Under the pieces are notes generated by a model. That model saw nothing but the letters and a program-made list of their open reading frames with translations, was not told the origin of the DNA and made no database searches. From a virus, in the IMG/VR virus record IMGVR_UViG_3300045988_075126, positions 1-64,000 of that record: a stretch of DNA of 64,000 nucleotides; one strand, 5' to 3'. A program made the translations under genes and the position numbers. Below, in pieces: positions 53,042 to 60,483 of this stretch; the stretch's first letter is position 1; each line of letters begins with the position of its first letter.

Positions 53042-53649
53042 CAAGGCGAGTAAACAAGGATTGTCCGTTCACAGCAGAAGAACTGGATGGGTTCAGAGCT
53101 GCTTTGTATAGTGTGAATACATCGTTTCACTGCTGTAATGCAGCTCCGGTAGATTGGGCGGCAGGTTGGCAGCGGAATGATATAAGAAAGTCAAGGTAGG
53201 ATTGCCATAATCTACCAAATTTCCACGTATCAAAGCCGTGTGATGCCTTGCGTGGGGGCAGGATGGTAAACTTAGGAGTCGCACGGCTTTATTTGGAAGT
53301 TTCCATATCTACAAATAGCCTATCGCTAATGGTTGTTCCCTTGGGCAGGGAAATAGTTAATACCGCATCGTAAGATGTGAACACTTAAAATTGCCGATAG
53401 CCATTGGCAAATGCCCATCAGTCAGCGACAGAAACCCTTGGGCAAGGTTGGGAATGGTGCACAGTCTTCAAATTCGCATCTGTCGCTGACAAACGGATGA
53501 GTGGCATTGGCAACTGAAAGCAATGCGACCCTCGCAAACTTGGAGCGGATTTCTTGATTAAACATTCCGTGTACTGGGTCACTGGGGAGGTATTGCCACC
53601 AAGAAGGGTTTGAATCCCTTCTCATCCACTAATTTTAAAAGGTTAAATT
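53042..53649 (+). ncRNA. Candidate large structured RNA of unknown class with a tRNA-like 3' module
   Basis: No plus-strand ORF of 60 aa or more; perfect helices of 7-11 bp throughout; 3' end has an acceptor-like stem GGATGAG/CTCATCC and T-arm-like AAGGG-TTTGAAT-CCCTT; strand assigned from the tRNA-like module and gene context. Confidence 0.5.
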
Positions 53650-53877
53650 ATGAATGAATTTTGTAAGGATTTAATTTCAAAAGGCGTTCCTAGATGGGTA
53701 GTAGAGGATGCCTATAAATTTACAATTGAGCCTTTGAAATCAACAGAAGGCTTGGTAGGAATTGATAAGGAAAATAGTGAGCTATATAGAAATGTCATTA
53801 TCGCAGCCTACATTGAGGGTGCTAGTGCTACATTGTTAAAAGTGCAAAGATATTATGGCGGTGAGGAACATAGTTAG
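53650..53877 (+). CDS. Hypothetical protein (75 aa)
   Basis: Compact same-strand ORF. Confidence 0.6.
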   Translation: MNEFCKDLISKGVPRWVVEDAYKFTIEPLKSTEGLVGIDKENSELYRNVIIAAYIEGASATLLKVQRYYGGEEHS

Positions 53878-54094
53878 ACAATGGAACGAGGCAACTGAAG
53901 GATATTCGTACCGCTTCAAAGGTGGAGATATTTTCCTCCGGTTGGTTAAGGCTGAAGAATGTTACGAATTGCGTAACCCTATAGGCTATGGTGTTCAAGT
54001 AGTCAAGTGCAAAGACTTGGATGAAGCAGATGCTAAAGCCAAGGAAGTGCTAGAAGCGTTTTTTGATGACAAAGTTAATATAAAAGCAATCTGA
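53855..54094 (+). CDS. Hypothetical protein (79 aa)
   Basis: Overlapping operon packing. Confidence 0.6.
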   Translation: MAVRNIVRQWNEATEGYSYRFKGGDIFLRLVKAEECYELRNPIGYGVQVVKCKDLDEADAKAKEVLEAFFDDKVNIKAI

Positions 54095-54096
54095 TT

Positions 54097-54366
54097 ATGG
54101 ACTTAGAATTAATGATTGATAAGATAGATTTTAATCAAGGTGCAAGGCAGATAGCCAAACAAGCCTTGGAGTTGGGAATGAAATGCCAAAAGGAATGTGC
54201 TTGGCATCCGGTAGAAGAATTGCCTGAGCACAACAGACGCATTGTCGGTTTGACCAAGGTTCGCAAGCGTTTCAAGCATCTGAATTTCATGGGTGAGGAA
54301 TGGTGGAAGAAGTTTACGGAGTCCAACGCCATCTATAAATGGGCTTATGTTGAGGACTTGATTTAA
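54097..54366 (+). CDS. DUF551-like small protein (tentative)
   Basis: 'WHPVEELPE' ... 'YKWAYVEDLI' pattern shared with three other ORFs. Confidence 0.6.
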   Translation: MDLELMIDKIDFNQGARQIAKQALELGMKCQKECAWHPVEELPEHNRRIVGLTKVRKRFKHLNFMGEEWWKKFTESNAIYKWAYVEDLI

Positions 54367-54367
54367 A

Positions 54368-54733
54368 ATGAAAGATATAAAGCGTATACCTAAAATAGGT
54401 GAGGTTATTTCTTTCTTTGATGATGGTAAGGTCTGTTGCTCTAGGTTGTATAAGGCAATCATAAAGGACGTGGTTTTATATGCTTATGCACCGGATTATG
54501 TAAAGCAAGCATTCAAGACTAATTCAGAAGTGTGTAGTTGGATCTGGAATGGAACAACTGATTATTTCATTGGTTGTGTTATTAAAGAGTATGATAAGAA
54601 TGAAATTTGGTTTGCTCGCACAAAAGAAGGTGGTTGGTTTAGTTTAGATATTCAGTCCGATTGGCAAGGTGGAGTACTTGATGTAGATGGAGAATTAAAG
54701 AAAGTACTAGATAGTAATCGAAGAAATCCATAA
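54368..54733 (+). CDS. Hypothetical protein (121 aa)
   Basis: Compact same-strand ORF. Confidence 0.65.
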   Translation: MKDIKRIPKIGEVISFFDDGKVCCSRLYKAIIKDVVLYAYAPDYVKQAFKTNSEVCSWIWNGTTDYFIGCVIKEYDKNEIWFARTKEGGWFSLDIQSDWQGGVLDVDGELKKVLDSNRRNP

Positions 54734-54853
54734 TGCTATTTTGTTTTAAATGTTTGCCCCATCACTATATATAATAATGTAGTGGTGGGGATTTTAGTGT
54801 TAACGTCAGTGAATTATTAATTTATATTATTATAGTGTGTTAAAAGATAAAAG

Positions 54854-54958
54854 AAATACATTAAATAATTTGCATGTTTCGGATATTCTTTGTATCTTTG
54901 CATCGTAGTTAAGAAACAAGGTTACTAATTAAAAAGGTGAGACACACCATAAAAACTG
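54854..54958 (+). promoter_or_regulatory. Early-class promoter (AAATACATTAAATAATTTGCATG, -7 TATCTTTG at 54893-54900) plus leader motif 54932-54958
   Basis: AAAAGGTGAGACACACCATAAAAACTG, 10 nt before the ATG. Confidence 0.65.
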
Positions 54959-54968
54959 TAATAAGAAA

Positions 54969-55229
54969 ATGGAAAAGAATAATGCTTATGTAGAGGTGTT
55001 ATTAAAGATTGCTAGCCTCATGGGTAGAACAAAGGAGTCTATCCAGATGTCGTCTTCTAATACCCATACGAGTATTATGATGTTTGCCGCAAATAATAGC
55101 AAGATTATTGGAAATTGGTATTTTGATGCTTCCGATAGCAAGGAGTTGGTGGATGCTACTTTCAATAGTCTGAAGGCTTTGGTTGAGTCTCTTGAGCACA
55201 ATAAGAGCAATGACGGACAAGCAGCGTAA
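54969..55229 (+). CDS. Hypothetical protein (86 aa)
   Basis: ATG ORF after promoter and leader. Confidence 0.65.
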   Translation: MEKNNAYVEVLLKIASLMGRTKESIQMSSSNTHTSIMMFAANNSKIIGNWYFDASDSKELVDATFNSLKALVESLEHNKSNDGQAA

Positions 55230-55458
55230 GTACATAGAAAGTCTTATCAAGAAAGTGTTTCGTAATGCAGATTCGCAGAGCGAAATACTTTCCAGATTGG
55301 ATAGGGTTAAGATTTCAAGCCAACAAGCTTCAGTAATGATACATGCATTGAAGTTAGAGTGCAACATCGGTCGTTCCGTTCCGGCATATATGTTAATGGC
55401 AAATAATCTAAATCCAAAAATGGATGAGTTCTTTAGCATATTAGGTTATGATGAATAA
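55210..55458 (+). CDS. Hypothetical protein (82 aa)
   Basis: The track start is TTG; first ATG used. Confidence 0.55.
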   Translation: MTDKQRKYIESLIKKVFRNADSQSEILSRLDRVKISSQQASVMIHALKLECNIGRSVPAYMLMANNLNPKMDEFFSILGYDE

Positions 55459-55487
55459 CGGATTCGTCAAGAAGAAAAGAAGTTGAT

Positions 55488-55763
55488 ATGAAAAAGGTAT
55501 TTATGATAATTGCCGTTGCCGCCATTTTGGTAGGTTGCAAAGGTAAGGGTACAAGAGTCCAAATCTCGGATTTTGTTGACAAATTCAAGGTCGAGAAATT
55601 GTTTGTTGTTGATAGTATAACAGTGTACAGGTTTTATGACCAAGGAAATGCTATCTATTTCACTAACCGGAAAGGTAGGGTATATGCAACCCATTCCGAG
55701 TACAATCCGGTTACTCATACATACAATGACGAGGTTAACGAAACTTTATGTGAAGGAGATTGA
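55488..55763 (+). CDS. Putative lipoprotein (91 aa)
   Basis: 'MKKVFMIIAVAAILVGCKG' signal peptide plus lipobox. Confidence 0.7.
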   Translation: MKKVFMIIAVAAILVGCKGKGTRVQISDFVDKFKVEKLFVVDSITVYRFYDQGNAIYFTNRKGRVYATHSEYNPVTHTYNDEVNETLCEGD

Positions 55764-55765
55764 AA

Positions 55766-55978
55766 ATGAATAAACGAAAATGCAAGAAGTTATTCTACAA
55801 GGAGAGTACTAAATGGCTTTTGAAAAGAGGTTGGACTGACGGTTATATAAGTCCTAATACTATAAAATATGTAGTAAGAAAGTTAGAAAAACTCACAAAG
55901 TTAAAACTTTTATACTACTTACATAATAAAGTTGAAGAAGATTACTTTATGATAAGGAAGGAGGTGAACAATGACTAA
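55766..55978 (+). CDS. Hypothetical basic protein (70 aa)
   Basis: The track start is TTG; first ATG used. Confidence 0.55.
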   Translation: MNKRKCKKLFYKESTKWLLKRGWTDGYISPNTIKYVVRKLEKLTKLKLLYYLHNKVEEDYFMIRKEVNND

Positions 55979-56159
55979 ATGGTACTCTGCAAAAGAAGCT
56001 CCAAACTACGAAGAATGGATTCTTACAGAATGGTATGATGGAGACGATGGAGGTATTAAGTACGAAGCTGATTATCTTTACTCTTTAGTTTATTGGAAAG
56101 ATTATGTAAGGAGAAACAACATCACAAAGTGGTGCTATATTAAAGATATAAAAGATTAG
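55971..56159 (+). CDS. DUF551-like small protein (tentative)
   Basis: 'WYSAKEAPN' ... 'TKWCYIKDI'. Confidence 0.6.
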   Translation: MTKWYSAKEAPNYEEWILTEWYDGDDGGIKYEADYLYSLVYWKDYVRRNNITKWCYIKDIKD

Positions 56160-56258
56160 GTATATGAAAGTACTTAAGAAGATTTTTTGTGAGCATATTT
56201 TCGATAATCGAAATAAAGGCTTGTAGTGTTAGTCCGAATTTAAAGAGGAGGTTTGATT

Positions 56259-56477
56259 ATGAAATTATCTGAAATAGAATTAGATTTTTTGTATGAGAAA
56301 TCTGCCGAGTTGTTTAGAGATAAAGTAAAACAACGAGGGGAAGATTATGAACATGATAATAGATGCGCTTGCCCTGAAGCAGTTCGCAGAACTCATCTAC
56401 GAACTCTCGCAAGAGAATCTATAGAAGATGTTAAGATTTTAATTGATGAACTGCGTAATAATGGTTATGAAGCTTAA
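56259..56477 (+). CDS. Hypothetical protein (72 aa)
   Basis: The track start is TTG; first ATG used. Confidence 0.55.
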   Translation: MKLSEIELDFLYEKSAELFRDKVKQRGEDYEHDNRCACPEAVRRTHLRTLARESIEDVKILIDELRNNGYEA

Positions 56478-56481
56478 TAAA

Positions 56482-56901
56482 ATGGTTTTAGATGATAAGA
56501 AAATAGATGAAGCCGCAAGAGGAGCAGCAGACTTGTATGAGCAAGATTTGCCTATAATGTCTTATGATGAAGACACAGAGGTTGATGGTCAGCATCATTT
56601 CTGCCAAGAGTTTGGCGCAGAGTTGTTTAAGGATGGTGTTAAGTGGACTATCAATGAGTTATTGAAGGACTTGCTTCACCCTGCTAGCGAAGTTCCTCGA
56701 AATGACAACGGAAAGATTCTTGCGTTTTCAAGAGAATTCGGTTTTAGAAAGCTCTACGATATGAACGCTATGCTTGATGAAACTTCATGTCGCACATATC
56801 AAGGAATGTGGAAAGAGCAAGTCAAATTATATCGTTTAACTGATTGGATATTCGTAGATGAATTGTTTGACTTGATTACGAAAGGAGGCAATCATGATTA
56901 A
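56482..56901 (+). CDS. Hypothetical protein with a DUF551-like C-terminal half (139 aa)
   Basis: 'LHPASEVPR' ... 'TDWIFVDELF'; start chosen as the first ATG after the upstream stop. Confidence 0.55.
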   Translation: MVLDDKKIDEAARGAADLYEQDLPIMSYDEDTEVDGQHHFCQEFGAELFKDGVKWTINELLKDLLHPASEVPRNDNGKILAFSREFGFRKLYDMNAMLDETSCRTYQGMWKEQVKLYRLTDWIFVDELFDLITKGGNHD

Positions 56902-57118
56902 GGAAGTAACAATGTACTCTGTCGTTTGTGACAGATGCAGAAAGACTTATGGTGTGGATGATGGCATTGACTGTTGGGTGGACATCTGTACTGCTAGAGA
57001 ACAAGCAATGGAATCCGAATGGGTAGAAATTGGCGATAAGCACTACTGCCCAGACTGCTATGAGTTTAGCTATGAGTTAGAAGAGTATGTTCCTAAAAAG
57101 AAAGGAGGCGACCTATGA
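56894..57118 (+). CDS. Zinc-ribbon-like small protein (74 aa)
   Basis: 'CDRC' ... 'CPDC' cysteine pairs. Confidence 0.6.
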   Translation: MIKEVTMYSVVCDRCRKTYGVDDGIDCWVDICTAREQAMESEWVEIGDKHYCPDCYEFSYELEEYVPKKKGGDL

Positions 57119-57276
57119 AGATATTCACATTCGATGTTATGCTCAACGGAAGATTCGTCTGCACATTAAAGTATAAATATTGTGCGCTATTCCCCATAGA
57201 TTTTGAAGATTTAGAGAAGTTCGTCCTCAAAAAGAGACCAACTTTGAAAGGTAAGGATTTTAGAATTGCATTTTAA
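57115..57276 (+). CDS. Hypothetical small protein (53 aa)
   Basis: ATGA overlap with the upstream stop; below the track threshold. Confidence 0.4.
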   Translation: MKIFTFDVMLNGRFVCTLKYKYCALFPIDFEDLEKFVLKKRPTLKGKDFRIAF

Positions 57277-57288
57277 GGAGTAAAGTGT

Positions 57289-57657
57289 ATGGTACAGAAA
57301 TATATAGTTGGTGATGTTGTCATGTACAACAACAAAATCATGGTTGTCAAAGAACCAAGAGACGGAAGCCACTTTGACTTATCTTGCCACAAAGAAGGAT
57401 TGGTGTACTGCTTTGTTGGTGTTGATGAAATAAAGCCAGTGCTTCTTACAGCTGCCATTCTTCTTAAGAATGGATGGAGTAAGGGACAAATATACTTTAG
57501 GCATAGTCGTATTCCAAGAATTAAACTTTGCACAGACGGCGGTATTAGTTGGTCTGTTTCAATAAATAATGATATTATGGGAGGGTATATCAGTTACGTC
57601 CACGAGTTACAGCATATCCTATTTGCTTTTAAAATCACATCAGAAATGGAGGTGTAG
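57289..57657 (+). CDS. Hypothetical protein (122 aa)
   Basis: Compact same-strand ORF. Confidence 0.65.
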   Translation: MVQKYIVGDVVMYNNKIMVVKEPRDGSHFDLSCHKEGLVYCFVGVDEIKPVLLTAAILLKNGWSKGQIYFRHSRIPRIKLCTDGGISWSVSINNDIMGGYISYVHELQHILFAFKITSEMEV

Positions 57658-57659
57658 GT

Positions 57660-57806
57660 ATGAAAGTAATATTTATAATAGGTATAGTCTTGATTATATT
57701 TGGAGTGTACTTGTTCTTGAAAGATTTTGCATATATGCTCCAAGGAGTCATACTTATGATATTAGGAGCAGGTATATTAGGCATCAGCTTGTCTTATATC
57801 GTTTAA
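57660..57806 (+). CDS. Small two-TM membrane protein (48 aa)
   Basis: 'VIFIIGIVLIIFGVYLF' and 'VILMILGAGILGISL'. Confidence 0.45.
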   Translation: MKVIFIIGIVLIIFGVYLFLKDFAYMLQGVILMILGAGILGISLSYIV

Positions 57807-57839
57807 TGTTTAACGCCTTCTGGCACAAATTGATTGATT

Positions 57840-58109
57840 ATGATTTTAAATTGTATTACAGCTATTATTATTGTGGCGATTGTTTGTACCACCATTGTCG
57901 TTAACTGCTATATCAGCAAGAAGACTGCTGATTATAAGGCGACATTAAAAAAGCGCAAGGAATTTATGTCCGATATTGGTTATTATATTAATAGAATCAA
58001 TAAGAATTTTGAGCGTATAGACGTAGAGAAAAGTGCAAGGGAGCAAATAGGCTCTGACTTGCATTTTGTCAGAGATTATATCTATAAGTATTGTGATGAG
58101 ATAGATTAA
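57840..58109 (+). CDS. N-terminal TM protein (89 aa)
   Basis: The track start is TTG; ATG at 57840; 'ILNCITAIIIVAIVCTTIVV'. Confidence 0.55.
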   Translation: MILNCITAIIIVAIVCTTIVVNCYISKKTADYKATLKKRKEFMSDIGYYINRINKNFERIDVEKSAREQIGSDLHFVRDYIYKYCDEID

Positions 58110-58137
58110 CCGCCTTTAGGCATAAATAAATAGTAAT

Positions 58138-58323
58138 ATGAAAGCAAGTGAGTTGATAGAGCATTTAAAATCTTACATTGATTTTACAGGTGGAGATTGT
58201 GAAATGCTTGTATTTGATAAAGCAGAAGGTGTTTCTTGTGGTATCGAGAATACTTCTACGGATGGTGATTATGTGTTTCTGCACATTTCATCCGATAAAT
58301 ACACAACAAAGATACCTGAGTAA
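58138..58323 (+). CDS. Hypothetical protein (61 aa)
   Basis: Compact same-strand ORF. Confidence 0.55.
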   Translation: MKASELIEHLKSYIDFTGGDCEMLVFDKAEGVSCGIENTSTDGDYVFLHISSDKYTTKIPE

Positions 58324-58357
58324 TTACCATCCCTTATGGGATATAAATATAAGAAAT

Positions 58358-59140
58358 ATGAAGGAATTAAGAAAGAAAACATTTAAAAATGGTGTCGTGT
58401 ATTGTCTTCAGTTAGAAGATGGTTTTCTAGTTGAAACTACAGATACATTCTTGCCTTATTACACTAAAGATGCAATAGGCAGACATCAGAATAAGCTCGA
58501 CAACAATGAGCTTGGCGACCGCATGGAACGTTGGATGATAGGAGTATCTACAATGAGTGGATGTCCAGTAAGATGCAAGTTCTGTGCTACAGGCAACATG
58601 AAACGTTATCGCAATCTTACAGCAGAAGAAATCGTTGAACAGGTTGAATTTGCCATCAACAAGGCAGGTGCTGACCCAAGCAAAGCAAAAGAGTTTAAGA
58701 TAAACTATACTCGTATGGGCGAGCCATTCCTTAATATTGATGCAGTCAAAGAGGCTATTCGTGTTATTACTGAGAAATATCCTAATACCCATCATTACGT
58801 ATCAACGATTGGTATCAAGGGGAGTGATTTTTCTTTCATTAAGGGAAATATTACGTTACAGATTAGTTTGCATTCATTTGATGATAACAAGCGTAATTGG
58901 TTGATTCCTTACAAGAACAAAATGACTATTCAAGAGTTAGGTCAGATACGGACACAAAGCAATCTGAAAACAACAATCAACCTCACTCTTGTTGATACAT
59001 CTGATTTCGATGCGAAAAAGTTGGCTGAGTGGTTTGATAAGGAACATTTCTTTGTGAAGTTGTCTCCTATCAATGTGAATAACATATCAGAAAAGAATCA
59101 TCTTGGAACTGGTGTAGTAGAAGGAATTAATTTAGTATGA
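58358..59140 (+). CDS. RlmN/Cfr-family radical-SAM enzyme, N-terminal ~260-aa fragment lacking the C-terminal catalytic Cys loop
   Basis: 'GVSTMSGCPVRCKFCATGNMKRYRNLTAEEIVEQV', 'RMGEPFLN', 'LQISLHS', 'KLSPIN' follow the RlmN/Cfr motif order; the track ORF start at 58178 is not used. Confidence 0.8.
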   Translation: MKELRKKTFKNGVVYCLQLEDGFLVETTDTFLPYYTKDAIGRHQNKLDNNELGDRMERWMIGVSTMSGCPVRCKFCATGNMKRYRNLTAEEIVEQVEFAINKAGADPSKAKEFKINYTRMGEPFLNIDAVKEAIRVITEKYPNTHHYVSTIGIKGSDFSFIKGNITLQISLHSFDDNKRNWLIPYKNKMTIQELGQIRTQSNLKTTINLTLVDTSDFDAKKLAEWFDKEHFFVKLSPINVNNISEKNHLGTGVVEGINLV

Positions 59141-59904
59141 AAAAGGGAATTTTTAGATACAGGATTATCACGAATCTGAATTGCAACATGAATGAAAGCA
59201 CAGGAGTAAACGGAAATTGTTACTTCTGTTACCAAAAGTTCAAGTCACCGTTGCGCTTGGATAGTGATAAGATGGAGGAAACATTGAAGAAGGTTGGTGT
59301 TCTGAAAAGAGCAACTATCATGGGAGGCGAAAGCTTGCTCAATCCAGATTTGGTAAAGATTGTAAAGATAGTCAGCAACTATACATCTGATGGTATCTGT
59401 CTTGTTACAAATGGAATACTGCTTAATGAGGACATCATCGTTGCATTGAAAGATGCCGGATTAACTGAGGTTGCTATCAGCGTGTCTTCTATCGAACAAT
59501 ACGAAAGACGTAGAGACATGGCACTTCTGTGTAAGGAGATTATTCCAAACACAAGAATAAACATTCCTAAGTGCAAGGAAAGTTTGAATCCACAACTACT
59601 GGAAACAATACTATCAGATAGTTTCTATAGCATTGTATGCGAAGATTTACAGGCAAGGTATGGTGAGATAAGACTCCCAGATGGTTCTGTAAAGGTTGGT
59701 GATGACGGATATGGATTTTATGATTACAAGTGGAATGGCCATACGTTTGGAGTATTTGGCAATTATGGGAAGTACAACAGAAGCGATATTATCATAACTC
59801 CTCTTGGAAATTTCTGTGATTGGGAAAAGTATTGCAAGGCCGTTAAGAACAATGAACTTGTCAGAAGAAACAATCATATTGATGATGACAAAATTGTGCA
59901 TTGA
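59137..59904 (+). CDS. Second radical-SAM protein with an expanded CX11CX2C cluster motif
   Basis: 'NLNCNMNESTGVNGNCYFCY', 'IMGGESLLNP'; ATGA overlap with the upstream gene. Confidence 0.7.
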   Translation: MKKGIFRYRIITNLNCNMNESTGVNGNCYFCYQKFKSPLRLDSDKMEETLKKVGVLKRATIMGGESLLNPDLVKIVKIVSNYTSDGICLVTNGILLNEDIIVALKDAGLTEVAISVSSIEQYERRRDMALLCKEIIPNTRINIPKCKESLNPQLLETILSDSFYSIVCEDLQARYGEIRLPDGSVKVGDDGYGFYDYKWNGHTFGVFGNYGKYNRSDIIITPLGNFCDWEKYCKAVKNNELVRRNNHIDDDKIVH

Positions 59905-60325
59905 TTTCGGAAGTGGCTATAATCCAAAGGCTGGATATAAAACTTGCGATGTAAAAACCTTTCCACAATTGGATTTTCAGTATGATGGGAAAGATGAGAT
60001 TGTCGGTCTTAGAGAAAAATCAGTAGATGTATTTTATCTAAGAAACGTTGTTCATCATATCCCAGATTTACAGAGAACTTTTACAACCTTGAAGAAGTAT
60101 CTGAAGGTAGGTGGGAAGCTAGTTATCATTGATTGCAATAAAGGTCATTATAAGACAAATGTATTTCTTGACAATTTATGGTATAGATTTGTTGGCAATA
60201 ACAACGAAATCTTTATCAGTAAACAGTATAGAGATTACATTAACGTTTTGAAAAAGTTAGGTTTTAAGCAATTATATTATAAATCATTTAAAGAAAAGGA
60301 GATTACTAAGTATGAATGCAATTAA
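59852..60325 (+). CDS. Class I SAM-dependent methyltransferase
   Basis: 'CIDFGSGYNP' (motif I), 'DVFYLRNVVHHI', 'LKVGGKLVIID'; start uncertain (59852 or 59882). Confidence 0.75.
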   Translation: MNLSEETIILMMTKLCIDFGSGYNPKAGYKTCDVKTFPQLDFQYDGKDEIVGLREKSVDVFYLRNVVHHIPDLQRTFTTLKKYLKVGGKLVIIDCNKGHYKTNVFLDNLWYRFVGNNNEIFISKQYRDYINVLKKLGFKQLYYKSFKEKEITKYECN

Positions 60326-60431
60326 GAATCAATTGGAAAAGATGGGCTACGATTATGCAGTAGCAATCGCAACAAAGGCTGAAATTGAGAATGGAGCTGC
60401 TTGTGGCCAGCTCGCTATTATTTGTGAGTAA
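60312..60431 (+). CDS. 39-aa ORF corresponding to the C-terminal strand plus 'AACGQL' catalytic-cysteine loop of RlmN/Cfr
   Basis: 'MNAIKNQLEKMGYDYAVAIATKAEIENGAACGQLAIICE' versus the recalled E. coli RlmN '...[32 protein letters not shown]'. Confidence 0.6.
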   Translation: MNAIKNQLEKMGYDYAVAIATKAEIENGAACGQLAIICE

Positions 60432-60483
60432 GTAATTAACCACCCTCTCCTTGGCAACAGGGAGAGGGTAAAAAGAAGAAAAT

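Noticed and set aside
48281-53551. The shared 11-mer TGGAGCGGATT in the omegaRNA region (48281) and in the 53-kb structured region (53541), as evidence that the latter is a second omegaRNA
   Set aside because: The other short shared words are not collinear, and an 11-mer match between regions of these sizes is only marginally unexpected. It is not enough to claim homology.
53495-53631. The tRNA-like module as a genuine tRNA or a tmRNA
   Set aside because: The 134 nt between the acceptor strands cannot be folded into D and anticodon arms. The T loop is TTTGAAT (C56 replaced). The third acceptor pair is A-U rather than the G-U alanine identity pair. No tag reading frame or encoded CCA is seen, and the module is far too short for a tmRNA.
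53042-53649. A group I or group II intron
   Set aside because: The flanking ORFs have their own start and stop codons and do not look like halves of a recognisable gene. There is no intron-encoded RT or homing endonuclease, and I could not identify a domain-V-like hairpin by eye. A group I core cannot be excluded without a covariance-model scan.
2557-54958. The repeated 27-nt motif as a CRISPR array or MITE
   Set aside because: The copies are kilobases apart, on both strands, and always positioned before a start codon. There are no regular spacers or terminal inverted repeats.
57569-57904. The track ORF 57569..57904 (111 aa)
   Set aside because: It overlaps the end of 57289..57657 and two better-formed small TM ORFs (57660..57806 and 57840..58109), and its translation is low-complexity and Tyr/Ile-rich.
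60312-60431. The 39-aa Cys-containing ORF as a RiPP precursor peptide for the two adjacent radical-SAM enzymes
   Set aside because: Its sequence ('...VAIATKAEIENGAACGQLA') aligns with the C-terminal strand and catalytic Cys loop that is missing from the upstream RlmN/Cfr-like ORF. A split-enzyme interpretation explains it better. The RiPP idea is not formally excluded.
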